Both the position numbers and the translations under genes were made by a program. The notes beneath the pieces were generated by a model, which saw only the letters and a program-made list of their open reading frames with translations, searched no databases and was not told the origin of the DNA. This document shows, in pieces, positions 1 through 13,700 of a stretch of 64,000 bases of DNA. The DNA comes from Styela clava (taxonomy: Eukaryota), in contig NC_135250.1 in NCBI RefSeq assembly GCF_964204865.1, forward strand, positions 21,390,001-21,454,000. The letters run 5' to 3'. Position 1 is the stretch's first letter; each line of letters starts with the position of its first letter.

Positions 1-1530
1 AATACGCATCCGTATTAGTTCAAAAGATATAAAGCAAACAATGTCGATAATTAGCGAAGAACGTAAAAAAGGGCGATTAGACGATATTCAATTGCGATTC
101 TCTTTAATATCCCACATTAGGAGTAAATATATTCTTATTCTACATTAAAGTAAATTGAATTTACTTGTTTTTAAAATGTAGAAAATAATGCGCAACCATA
201 TTATTTCAAATGATATAAAGCAAACAATGTCGATAATCCGCGAAAAACGTAAAAAAAGGCGTTTCGACGATATTTAATTGCGATTTTCTGAAATATCCCA
301 CTTTGGGAGTAGAAATATTTTTATTGTACATAGAAGTATAATAAATTTACTTGTTTTGAATCGCAATTGAATATCGTCGAAACGCCCTTTTTTACGTTCT
401 TCGCTAATTATCGACATTGTTTGCTTTATATCTTTTGAACTAATACGGATGCGTATTATTTTCTACATTCTAAAAAGAAGTAAAAAAATATACTTTGATG
501 TACAATAGGAATATTTTTACTCATAATGTGGAATATTTCGAAAAATCGCAATTGAATATCGTCGAAACGCCCTTTTTTTACGTTTTTCGCTAATTATCGC
601 CATTGTTTGCTTTATATCTTTCTAACTAATATGGATGCGCATAATTTTGTACATTTTAAAGACAAGTAAATTTAATGTACTTCAGTGTACAATAAAAATA
701 CATCTACTCCTAATGTGAGATATTTTAGCGAATCGCAATTGAATAACGTCGAAACGCCCTTATTTACGTTTTTCGCTAATTATCCACATTGTTTACTTTA
801 TATCTCTTGAACTAATATTCACGCGCATTATTTTCAACGTTCTAAAAACAAGTAAATTTAATATACTTCAATGTACAATAAAAATATTTCTACTCCTAAT
901 GTGGGATATTTTAGAGGATTGCAATTGAATAGCTTAGAAACGACCTTTTTTTTCGTTTTTCGCTAATTATCACCATTGTTTGCTTTATATCTTTTGAACT
1001 AATATGAATGCACATTATTTTCTACATTTTAAAATCAAATACATTTAATGGACTTTTATGTACAATAAAAATATTTCTACTCCTAATGTGGAATATTTTA
1101 GAAAATCGCAATTAAACAGCTTTGAAACGCTTTTTTTTCTTTTTTCGCTAATTATCGACGTAGTTTCCTTAATATCTTTTGAACTAATATGGATGCGCAT
1201 TATTTTCTACATTTTATAAACAAGTAAATTCAATGTACTTTAATGTACAACAAAAATATTCCTACTCCCGAAGTGGGATATTTTAGAGAATCGCAATTGA
1301 ATATCGTCGAAACACCCTTATTTCCGTTTTTTGCTAATTATCGCCATTGTTTGCTTTATATCTTTTGAACTAAAATGGATGCGCATTATGTTATACATTT
1401 TTAAAACAAGTAAATTTAATTGACTTTAATGTACAAAAAAATATTTCTACTTCTAAAGTGGGATATTTTAGAAAATCGCAATTGAATAGCTTGAAACGCC
1501 TTTTAATTGTTTTTCGCTAATTATCGACAT
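1..1530. repeat. ~186-bp tandem satellite with an internal orientation switch at ~360
   Basis: The motif tcgcaattgaatatcgtcgaaacgccc (or close variants) recurs at 361, 546, 733, 919, 1106, 1291 and 1476, a period of 185-187 bp. Positions 1-358 carry the same unit in reverse complement (aattgcga at ~90 and ~276). The array runs off the left edge of the window. Confidence 0.95.
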
Positions 1531-1914
1531 TATATAATCCAGAATGTTTCAAAAATTAGGTTAGAATACTGATCTTGAAATTATTTTTCTTCTTGGATAG
1601 ATCGTGAACTATGAGCCATGCATGTCCTGACCCTGCTAGCAGACACGGGAATCGTATTCTGGCCTGTTTTTAGTCCTTTATCAGCCAAAGTGGCTCAGTA
1701 AATTTGAGTATTTTCGCTGTCATATTTTTATCCTAAAATAGTAGTAGGACATGGTATTTGTAAAAATTATAATAATGGTTAAACCTCGTAACAAATACAT
1801 GTTAAAATTAGAATACTGCATAATAAATAGAAATGGTGCACACGGAAAGAAGAAAGAACGGAGAAATAACGAACTACGAATGGTATGTTTGTTACTTATT
1901 GATCTCGTTCTGTA

Positions 1915-2185
1915 AGTATGTTGATAGGTATTTGTCTGTTTGTTTGTTTGTTTCACTTTCGTAATTTTCGCGGTATCTCACGAAAGCGAGGTTGAATCTA
2001 CTCCATTGCATGTACATTCATCATATCTCGGACCAGAATCCTATTGATATTGGATGAATTATGTCGTATAATTAGCAAGTAAATATTTGATTAGTGGTGG
2101 GACACGCGCTGTCGCTATTGAGCCAGAGCGAAAGAATCGAAACCGCAAGATCGATAAGTCGGCGTTCTCCGATCGCTATCTAGTT
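1915..2185 (-). mobile_element. Helentron/DINE-1-like non-autonomous element (HINE-like), diverged copy
   Basis: Reverse complement of the family at 6198, 31465 and 31864. It shares gttgataggtatttgtctgtttgtttg (microsatellite), ggatgaattatgtcgtataattagc and gatcgataagtc. Confidence 0.7.
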
Positions 2186-2259
2186 TACATTTTGCGTCGG
2201 CCGCCTAGGCTAGGCTAAGCAAAGGCCGTGGCGAGTGTGAGAACGGCGGTCGAAGGAGG

Positions 2260-2505
2260 CGGCATAATGTAACAGCTGAGAGAGAACGTAATGTACGAAA
2301 ATGAGCACACACACACATGAAAATCAAAATTAGAAATAATCTTTTTTATTTATCTGTTGTTTATTTATTTTTGTTTTACTTTACCGTTTTTTTTTTATTT
2401 TTTGTTTTGCTTCTGGTTTTATTTTTTTCATTTCATTACCTTTTTTGTCTGTCACGCGCGTATCACAGTCTTTTCACTAAATTTCGCTAGCAACTGAAAC
2501 TAAAT
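2260..2505. repeat. Interspersed repeat; inverted copy of ~37765-37990
   Basis: gagagaacgtaatgtacgaaaatgagcaca ... T-rich tract ... aaatttcgctagcaactgaaac is the reverse complement of gtttcagttttgctagtgaaatt ... tgtgctcattttcgtacattacatctctctc in a CSRNP intron. Confidence 0.75.
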
Positions 2506-4034
2506 AAGACACATTGTGCGTACACGCGGATAAACAAACTGGCCAACAGAGTGGCAAATAGTTGCTAGGCGCCTGGCAGGGCAGCTACCACGGGCTTCAA
2601 TTTTTATTTTGCTCACGAAACCATTCGTTGATTCAGCAAAACGCAATTAGTATTACTCGATCATCGTCATATTCAAATGAGTGCACCCGATTTCAAATTT
2701 CCATCCGCCAATGATGGAGAATTACGATCGGAAATCGTGTTTAATATATTGAGTCGGCGTTGATTTAAATATATTCATGTCGTTTGGTATGATTTTATTT
2801 TTGCCTATAAATTAATATCGCCAACTTAAAATGAATGATATTTTCAACGACGCCGGGATATCAATAAATATCCCGCGCTAAATACTGTAGCTATTTTATA
2901 CGTTCTAAATTGCAAGAAAATAAAAAATGTATATATTGTCATGTTCGGTCACAATCGAAACTAAGGATGAAAACATTTAATTACGACACAATTTGCTTTT
3001 AGATTTATTGTCGGAGCCGCAAACTATCTCGACTAAATTGAAATATACGATGATAATTTATTAAAATTATCAATCAAAAACATCCGTGTTTTAAGTACTT
3101 CAAGTCGGCGCTAATTGAAATCCCTTCATGTCTACTGTAATTTATTGCCGTGCCGCACACGGCTGCCTTCGATTACGATAAAACTTGAAATACGTAATTG
3201 TGAAATGTTTTAAATCAAAACCTGGACGGCGACGTTAGTATATGTGCGTCATATTCGCTATTCTTATGGAGATCGTATTTTTATGAACACGAAATACGGT
3301 ATTCGAATTAGACATTCCTGCTTCAAGCATTGTATTAAATTTCTCCAAAATAAACAAATATCACCACACGCGTTTTTGGAGTTTTCGGTTTTCGGCTTTC
3401 CGTATGTAGAAAATATTACGTTAGTCGGCGCAAAAATTTTAAAGAAAGAATTTTCGTAAGTTGGATTTTTCATATCCAGAGCCTTTCGTAGGTAGAGTTT
3501 CTACTGTATTGTGGATACAACATAGACATCATAAATCATGGCGCAACAGTGACATAAATTAAGCGCATTAATAATAAGTTCAAAAAAATCGTCTTACAGT
3601 GTTGTTACTAGAAGGCTATTTCTTTTATTTATTCCAAAAATTTTGGGGTTTGAATGGATTCATTTTTCACTTCTGAGATAAATGGTAATGAACTACAAAT
3701 TAAGGGTTGCCATATTGACTTTTTTAAAGCCAAATTTAACAATTTTGGCTTTTTTAGAACACGTTTGGTGTCAGAATTTCCGTTTGGCGTTTTGACTTTT
3801 GTGAAGTTGAACATTAAAATTATATGAAATATTTGGTGAGCAACAATAGCTTATTGCTTAGCTGTTTAACATATGGATTTCCCCGAGCATCGATCTTCAT
3901 GTTTATTTCCCCAGTTACTCCCATAGTAAGTATGTGTACCAGGTTAGGGTTGGGGCATAATTTTATTCCGATTTTCCTTATTTTAGTTCAATTACGAATT
4001 CGGGGACTGTCTGTGTTAGCCAAATGAATAAACC

Positions 4035-4214
4035 CAGTGGTGGGATTCCGATATATTGTCAGCCGGTTCCATCACAAAAGTCTTACTTTTCAGCCAGTTA
4101 TGTTACAAACAGAACATTGACAGTAACCAGTAATGCTAACCGGTTCGCTGATCTTATGAAAATTCACGAGACGGTTCTATAGAACCGATGCGAACCTGCT
4201 GAATCCCACCACTG
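4035..4214. mobile_element. hAT-like MITE
   Basis: Perfect 14-bp TIRs cagtggtgggattc / gaatcccaccactg, with internal ccggtt/aaccgg subterminal motifs. It is nested at the end of another repeat (~3870-4030). Confidence 0.8.
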
Positions 4215-6029
4215 ATATATACCCCCTGCCCATGGATTTCAGTCCCTTTACAGAACTTGATGTGAAGTAGGCAAACAAAATTAGTTATCTCCATGTTAGT
4301 AACAATGTCAACAATGACGTAGCAATTGTAATTTCTGCAGCCGCTCAAGCAGGCTCGTGAACATTGCCCCGTTTTCAAAGTTTTGCTGTTATTTGTAAGT
4401 TTTTAGTTTTAGTCAAATAATAGTTGTTAATAAATAACTTAATGTCATTATGTCTTCCTTTAGTTAAGTTGCAGTGATCAAAATTTAATCTCACGAACGC
4501 TGTGATAAACCTAAGCAAAAATTAGATATTAATACGGTACCAGCAGTACGTGGTTGTATAATTTTAATAAAAACATTGGTTTTAAACCAGTTTATAATTG
4601 CCAACACATCAAAAACCCTCGAAAAAGCATATTTTTTGTTTTAATAGTGGAGTATAAAGAGAAATTTTTGAGGTATATCGTAAGTTTAAGTAGAAACATG
4701 TAGGTATATCACATACTACGGCGGCACCTTATATATATTGTATATATTTAATTGTGAAGTATTGCTGTCGGCCTAATAATTTTTGTTATTAGGTTTTTGA
4801 TTTTTCAAACTTTTTTTATATATATGAATGTCAGCTTGACTGTAATGCGTGACCCACTAAATCAACTGATGGCTCTAAATCAGCATATTGTCAACTGTGC
4901 AAATCCACTTTTGTGTGAAGATTATAAATCTGACAAATTATGGGGCTTTTGTACTCAGTAAAACTGATGACTTTTTGTGTATTGACCTGGCTTTTTTATT
5001 ACTGGAATATTACAACCCTGCTACGTATGGTTTTTCTATATCTTAATAATCATATGATAGTAGCTTCGGTCTTGTATTTCCGTATTTTGGTGTAGTTTTG
5101 AAGGATTTTATAAGCACAAAAACTAGAAAGATAACCTGAGCACTCATATCGTTATTCAAGCAATTCGGACCGAACTCACGAATTCTGCTCCAAGTACGAT
5201 TTATTTACCTCGCTCTGGCAAGTTCAACTAAACCCGCATTTCTCGTGTCAAACGCCAGTTAGTTGATGTGAATGGAATGCTGGAGCTGGTGGGATACTGG
5301 TAGGTACAGCAAAGACCTTTCTTATAGAAGAAATTGAACTTTATACGCCACATTTGCAGAGTTAGTAAAAATCCGGTACCTCAATCTGTTACTGGTACTC
5401 GCACAATTTTTGAATTTTCACTATAAAATCGTTTGAACGGGCACCAACTGAAACTTTAATTCAGGTACGATAATACTAGGATGGTAATGACATAAGCAAA
5501 GTTGTGTTTCAAGTAAAAACGTGAGCTCACTTACCAAGATTTGATCGACAAATTTTAAATACACTCACTCACTGTATGTTAAAAAGTTAACATATTGTCA
5601 GCCTAACTACCGGTAGTGCCGTAACTTTTATATTGATCTGTGCGGCGTGCAACATGTTGCTGATTTCATAGTTTGTTACAATACCATGTGGGCAGAAGTG
5701 TGATTTCACTATTTCCGACGAAATGGTAATTTTATTATCGTATCTTTTATGACGTTACTGAACTTGGTATTTCGTTCACAGATTATGGTTAGAAGTCGAA
5801 CGAGTTCATCAGAAAGAGCAACAGTGTCTACAATTATATATAACACAAAATGGAAATCGCATCTGATTTGGATTCTACTGTTTAATCCGCTTCATCAATT
5901 AATATACGCATAGTTTCAGCACCATTGATTAATTGTTCTACCGAAGCAGCGTTGGAGCGATGCTCATCATGGTGCTCGTGAACATGTGAAACATCTAAGG
6001 CACCAAAATTTTTAACTTTTTAGAACGCT

Positions 6030-6609
6030 ATGCGTAAAAAAACACATGGTCATTCTTTGTGTGGCAAACTTTTGTTCCTTTGCGCGAAGATCGTAAAAAG
6101 GAATCTTTCACAGATTAGAATTTAGATTCAATTTAATTTCTTTTGTTTTTTTTAAGATTTACGTGTTCGAGTCGCCACCGATCCTAATAACCAGTATAAC
6201 GAGAATTTCGGTCGGAGACCGAAGACTTATCGATCGTTAGGGGATCCCCCAAAAAAGAAACTGCGGTTTCGATTCATGCGCTCTCTAATTTCATAGCGAC
6301 ATCGCGTGTCCCATCACTAATTAATCAATAAGACGCTAATTATACGACATAATTCATCCAAAATCAATAGGCTTCTGATCCGAGATATGATGAATGCACA
6401 TGCAAAATTTGGAGCGGATTCAATCTAGGTTTCGTGAGATATCGCGTGTATCTAACAGACAAACACACAAAAAGACAAATACCTATCAACACACTTACCG
6501 GTCAAGATCGATAAGTATTTAATCAAAGCTTTCTACATCTTTTCACGACCCACTAAGTTTCCTTTTGCGACCCACCAGTGGGTTGCGACCCATAGTTTGG
6601 GAACCGCTG
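6030..6609. mobile_element. hAT (Charlie-like) MITE right part carrying a nested HINE-like element (6198-6517)
   Basis: Ends in gcgacccatagtttgggaaccgctg. A highly similar copy with the same nested insert lies at ~31385-31858. Confidence 0.75.
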
Positions 6610-7739
6610 ATCTAAGGCGTATGGTTGCCTCAAATACCACTACGTTATTGCCAGATCGAACCCGTTGGATCGGTTTCTAGGAATATAATCAGGCCTATCG
6701 ATGCCGTAGATTCTGACTCATGGCTTCATTCGGAATTACACTCGGACCATGAATTTGATTGACGAGCTGATGCTACCTGACGTGACAACTCGAAACGGTG
6801 ATAGTGGTAAAAAGTAATTCAATCGAAGCACCCAATTTATCATGCGCGGGACCTGGGGGTGAAATTACTCCTTTTAATTCGTAACACCTTTATTTAATCT
6901 ACTGTTAGATTTTGTATTTTATTGGTCGAAACACTGCTACCGGTTGCAGCAATGCAGCTGTGGTTGTTTTAGCTAGATTTCTCTTGTGTTTGGGTCTTTT
7001 ATGTCTGTAAAATTGTTGCAAGTTTCTAAGTAGGGTACCAAGTTATGTTTATTTTTTAGTTTATGGTCATTGGTTTATGATAGTCCTGAATATGTTAGTC
7101 AGTAAAATGACATTGCTGTTTGAGTATAGTGCAATTACAGTGCTTGATTTTAGGAATTGTCTTCAGATTTCAAGTCGTTAGTGTTTATATAACGTTATAT
7201 ATTGTTTTTCTTACATTTTGATACCCAGTATTTGTTATTTTTATTGTATTCTTTCTTTTCTGATGATTCATTGTAGTATTTGATTGTATTAAGATTCTTA
7301 GTTAATAAATAAGATTGAAATAGCATTAATTGGAGTGATTTCTGGGAAAAAGATTGACATCAGACCATATTAAACGATATTTCGAACTGGGAAATTCGTA
7401 CATAGACTGACAGTACGCTACAGATTTAAAGTAAAAGCATCACATTTTGGAAAGTCAAGCCGACTCAAGTACGGCGCAGGATACAAATAAAATAAAAATT
7501 GGAGCAAAAAAAAAGTACGGTCGGTGTTGATGATAGAAGATTTATATGTATCATCCCCTGGAATATATATCAAAATCATAGTACAACATTCTTTAAATCA
7601 CAAAATATGTATATATATTTGAATCGACATAATTATTTGGTTAACAGAGTATGGAGTGTAAAAGTATATAAACGGCACCCAAAAAAAACACAATCATATA
7701 AAGTTATACACAATCCATAAAATAAAACGGTTTATTATT

Positions 7740-10700
7740 TCATTGGTAATGATGGAACACTTGCCCCTCTTCAACAGTCTGTTGTCGACGATTCAACGAG
7801 AGCTCAACGCATTCGCGGGGCAGAATATTGCTTTTAACGGTTTCTAAAAACGTCCATTTCATCGTTGCTAACTCTAATCGATGTATGTGACTTTTTCTGT
7901 TGAATAAAGGATAAACTTCGTTGAATTATATAACTATGTTTACTCAAACGCTTTGTTGCCATGTGGAAGTGCATATCCAAAGCTTCTGTAATTACAACTG
8001 AGGAAAATTAGCCAATGAGCAGCAAGACTTGTTATCTAAACCTTATATATTGGGAAGGATAACAAAGACTATTAAGGAGTAAAAATTTCAAACCACTGAC
8101 ACATGTCAGATTTACAATTTTTCAACCTTACCTTTGATTTCAACCTATTTATCTCATAACAATTAATACATAGTGATTCGTCAACAATCTTATGACCAAT
8201 ATTCATGTATCGCTGAGTTATATATGTGACAAGATTATCGATTGGAATTAACAGAACCGACTATCTTCGTTTATTGTACAGTATTAGCAAAATTGTAACA
8301 CACGCAGAGAACCAAACAGTGAAACAAACGTATCAATATCACATGATTAGACATTGATGTGGTCAAAACTAGATGAAACGCACAATAACCAACGATGTCT
8401 GTCAGTTTGATTGGAATTGGAACGTATTTCATGTTATGCTCGGTTTACTTGTGAGTGGTTTGTCGTTGCCTAATCAGAGTGGCATTAGCAAACCATTAAA
8501 TTCTAAAAATTATCCTCATGGTTTACCAGACATAACGCTCTTTAGCTTGTATATATGAAATTCATGTCTACTAAATCATTAGAATCTTAATCCACGGAAA
8601 AATGAAACTGATTTTGCAGGATACATATTGAACTAAGTGATTCAAGAGTTCAAAGACTCTTGAATCACTTAGGATAGTTATCTTTAATCTTGCTACAGCT
8701 TCCTTGCACTATATGCATACGGATCCGCCGACACAAAAGCATAGAAGAAGGATAAGTAGTTAGTCTCGCAGAAACCAAATCATACATATTGAAGCTACCC
8801 ATTTAAACAATTTAAACTGCGGGATTGTAATGTTCCTGCTGTGTGAAAGTATAATATATAAAAACAAAGTGTGAACCATTTTGGTATATTATTTGCAACA
8901 TAGGTTAAATCAGGGTGGTCCAAACCCGGGCCCGCGGGCCACATCTGGCCCGCCGCTTCATTTTTTGTGACCCGCGTCGCATTGGCGCAAGGGTAAACAA
9001 AAATTGAATTTGGTGTTGTTTCGTCATAAGAATAATCAGAAAAATTTTCTGACATCTTGTTACATTACTAAAGTCATTGAATTGACTGGTGTTATGGATA
9101 GCTGAGGCAACTAGCAAAATTGAATAAAGTGGTTGGCTAGTCTTAATCGTTACTTGGTTTCTATATTTTTTGTCGGGTCGGGAATATATGCTAACAAAAT
9201 CGGCTTCATAGAAAACTAAAAATCTAATGAGGAATCTATTAGCCTAGGTTGACTATGCCTGATAAATAAATATTAATGTAATGGCCGACCAATATAATTC
9301 CTGCCGGTGTTTTTTTTTTTTCAAACAGCCTGAACCGTAATACAAAAAATGCTGCCTATATGTCAGAAAATATAGTAATTACCCTCCTGTATCTCAAATT
9401 TGGTAAAAATCGGTAATCAATCAATCTGCAGTTATTTGTAAGTTATTTTGTAAACTGAAAAAAGCTGACCAATTCAAACATGTTCTTGACTATTTAGCTA
9501 ATTGAATCGTACCCTTTTTTGTAGCCGACTCCGATTATGTTGTTGTCTACTGCAAATGCCGCGAAACTGACAGCTTGATCGTATGGAAATGGTCCGCCAG
9601 GAGTAACGATTGTCCAAGTGTCATTCACGGTATCATACAATTGTATGTCACTGTGGTCTGTTTTTTTTTTCATAAAATAGCATATTATGATATATGTATA
9701 TCGCGAAATATATAGTTAACTTGGATATATATCCTTAACGGAAATGCACAAATTCATTTATTTATTTAAAAAATTATAAAAGTATCATACTCATTACGTA
9801 TATGACGTCATTAAACGTAACGGGTCTCATCGGGGGGAACTCCATGGGGCGTGGCATTGGAGAGACATTTTGCCAAACGTCGGAAGCAGCGTGGTATCTC
9901 TCGACTTCTACTGTCGAATTCCAGTGTTCATCTCTGCCCGCAAAGCAATAAATAAAACCTGGAATAGTAGAGCTCCATTGTACGTGCTAAATGTAGACTT
10001 GTTAAGCATTTAAATGCGTCATATTATTTTATTTTATTTCCTTTGTTTCCAATATAGATCTTGTGAGTCCGGTTTGATAACCTATGCGATATGGTGGTAA
10101 ACGAAACCATTTAGAAATGCCAGGGCCCTATGTATGAGAGTGGTGTGATGTAACTCACCGTTACAGACGGCGATATAGTGATTTTCCCTTTTACCGTTCA
10201 TATCTCGAACTCTTGTCCATTTATCAATCTTCGGATCATATTTTTCAACAAATTTTCTTGACGATGTGGGATACGGTGCATATCCTCTTCCAACAACATA
10301 GATGCATCCTGATTAAAATATTTATTAATTAATTAAGTGTGGTATTGCAGTTAACAGTTTTCTGGGACAATAATGACGAATATAGCATTTTAAAGACGAT
10401 TCCATCTTAGAGATTATAGGAAATTCTTACACCTTATTCCAAGTTGCTCACCGTCGAGTGCTTCAGCAGGAGCAAACCATCCATGATTTTCAATCATATC
10501 TGCTACTCTTTCCCATTCTTCTTCCGTTTTTCGATAGTCAAGCCTATAGACTGCCTTTGTCTCCATCAACACGTAAATTGAATTGTTTATCCGCGTGGAT
10601 TGAAAATTGTTGTCGATGATGTCATCAGGAATTTTTTGACACTGTGATTGAAAACTCCGTGGTATTTCTCAACCCATTATTAGAATATAATACGTGTATG

Positions 10701-13700
10701 GTCAATTCCAATTGAATAAAACAAAATCTATTTCAAGGCATTAGCTGTGCTGTGCTTATAGATATTTCAAATAACTCAATAGAGCAGCTCACCTTCATTG
10801 GGATCCACCTCATAGCAGATGGCGAGAAGGCGGATATATGTCCCGAATCGCGATCAAAAATTGCGACTGCATTTGCTGAACCTTGAAATTAATAACATAT
10901 GTGTATATAAATCAATTAAAAACTTATATTTTCTCCAGTATTGGGGTCGATCCCAACCAAGTAAAATTACTCCCCAGAGAGTAATCTTGTTGTTTTCGGG
11001 AAGGAAATATTACTCTCTTTTCGGATTAGTTTCGCTATTATTATTTATAATTATTGCAATATTAAGTTTCAAACCAGGCAAAGGGAAGAATGTATCGAAG
11101 AAGATTGGGAACCACTGGCTATCCAAGTACATATGCATAATTTCACCCACCCTCTGCGCAGACGTCAGAAACTTTCGCTGACGAGGAAAAACTCGATGTT
11201 CTGCTGACATTAATACTATCGGTGAAGGATACAAAATAATCTTCATCTGTGGACAAACCTGGAAATTATACAAAAAGAATCTTCATATTAGAGCGTGTAT
11301 ATAAGATACGATGGCGTGTGAAATTTATCTAACTTCGGAATTTCTCATTTTCATAGCTTTGAGCACATTTGCAGATTGATACTTTGACTTTAACTTGCCA
11401 TCTATAAAATAATCATGACCTGAAAAATCTAAACTCTTTCAAGCTGTTTGTAAAAAAAAAGCAAGATAATAGTTTCAAATAACAATAGTGTCAAAATAGA
11501 ATGCTAAGAAAATACCCCCCAATCCAAAATAATTAACTTACTCTTGGGCTTTGTAGCAGTTTCGCGTAGTAAGAACTCGTGCTCTAAAATGTTCTTGCAC
11601 GACGGACGTCTTGCCGGTTCAAATTGCAATGTCCATTCTATCAACTCTTTTGCTGTTTCGGATCTAGGTATCGTAGGAAGCTCAATATTTAGATTCTTGT
11701 TTTTTTTTATGTTGTAATTCCATAAATCGGGTTCGTCGCCAAAAGCATGACGTCCATCACTCAATATGAAATAAACAACCAAACCATAGGAAAAAATATC
11801 CGCTTGTTTCGATATGACATCAGAATTGTAAGTTTCCGGAGCTCGATACCCGTCTGTACCGGGACGAATCATGCTTTGTGCAGTAACCGACCGTCCATGG
11901 CTCAATTCTTTACTCAAACCAAAGTCGGAAATTTTTAAAGATTTCCCATCTAAGGCAAACAAAATGTTTTCGGGCTTGAGATCTCTATGTAATACGTTGT
12001 TTAGATGAATAAATGCGAGTCCTTCGGTTAATTGCCGAACCATTGATTGCTTTTCTGCAAAGAATATTAAGTTTCCAGTGGTCCTCTGCTCAAGAATGTA
12101 ATCATACAGTGTTTTGGTGAGACAAAGTTCCATGGCTATATACATTGTCGGAAACGGCCCTTCTTCGTAAACATCAGAATGAATAATAGACACAACATGA
12201 TGGTGTTGCAATTTCAGAAGTATATTTGCCTCTTTTATATTTGCTTCGTCGTACGGAGTAAGGAATTTGATAGCTATGGGGATATTCCCTGTTATTTTAC
12301 TTAAATGAAGTCCTTGGTAAATGTGTGCTCTCTTGCACAAAGCTCGAGTTTTGAATAATCCAATTTTGTCACTCAATTGTATCCAACCTTTAATGTAAAG
12401 ATTTAAATGACACCAAAAGGCAACGCAGCGGGGCTTTGGTGTTAAAGTACAAAGAATATTACAGTTCTTTAAACGTTAGTTTAAATGACATTAGTTTATA
12501 TAGCTGATAACGAGGGACGTTTAATGCAATTTATGTTAGGACAGAAAATAAAAGAAAAACTTCTTGGCTTGTTCAAATGACTTATCACCATTACAATTCT
12601 TTTTTTGTTTTGATATCGTGTTATGATATTAAATAGATAATCATGAATTAATATTTTATCAGTTTTTGAATAAATACAGAAAATAGGTGCTATACCTTCC
12701 CCAAAATCTTCAACGGGATCTTGTGTGTCTCTTTGTGGGCGTTTTTCGTTCACGCTAGGTGCTGGTGCAGAAGATGCTAGAGCAGAAACATAAATGCATC
12801 ATATTACTTTCACGTGATTGTCCAAAGTACGAAAATATATCCATAATACACTTACTCTGTTCAGTTATGTAAGTGTTGTACGTGTTGTGATATATTTGCT
12901 TTCTGAAATCACCATCAATTACTCCATCTGAAAGAATATAAAAATTTTGAATGAAAATTGAGAAGAAAACACCCTGTAACAAATTAATTTGAATCCTAAA
13001 ACAGATACATGCAATGATCAGGATATGCAATGTAATGCAAAAAGATAACAAATACTGAATGAAAATAAATCTGTAATTATAACCATTCTCTTTAATTATT
13101 CTTCTGAAGGTGCGGAAAATTCTCCCAAGTGTACTGTTTTATCAAATAGAATATAATGAACATTCGCAGCAGGGGTGTACAACAATTTTACCGGTGGACC
13201 ATATAACCAACTTCGGACGTCTCGCTGCGCCACACAAAAAATTTAGATTTTTCCTGTACACGACGAATAAAAAAATTCTCATAATGAAAATTTTATTTAT
13301 TAACGTTTGAGTGGGATACTTAAAATTTTGATTTCTTGCATAGTTTGTTAACATCAGCTTTGACAGAAGATGTAGAACCTCCAACTGACTGGTCAAATGT
13401 TCATCAGTCAGTTGATTTCTGCAGCTGCTTTTGGTGAGATTCATTTTGGAGAAAGAGACACCGGGCAAAATGGCAAAAGATTTAAATCAGGGATACTAGC
13501 AAAAAAACATTATATATTTTTATCAATGTGAGAGTCTTTTTGAACATAAACTGTCGGATTGAGATTTTATGCTTAATGAGAAAAAATCTGAGTGGTAAGA
13601 AGGGCCACGCTAAATGGTTTGGCGGGCCTGGTTGTGGCACGCGGGTCGCCTGTTGCACACCTACTTATCTACAGCGTGCGGAATTTTTGAGTGATTTCTT

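Noticed and set aside
1-1530. CRISPR-like array
   Set aside because: Whole 186-bp units are homologous with no unique spacers, there are no cas genes, and the context is eukaryotic.
5150-5340. GC-richer patch that might be an exon
   Set aside because: No recognisable motif or frame-consistent neighbouring exons were found.
11504-12376. Calling the kinase a true IRE1 or RNase L orthologue
   Set aside because: No KEN RNase, luminal/TM or ankyrin domains are present; the downstream exons encode Kelch repeats instead.
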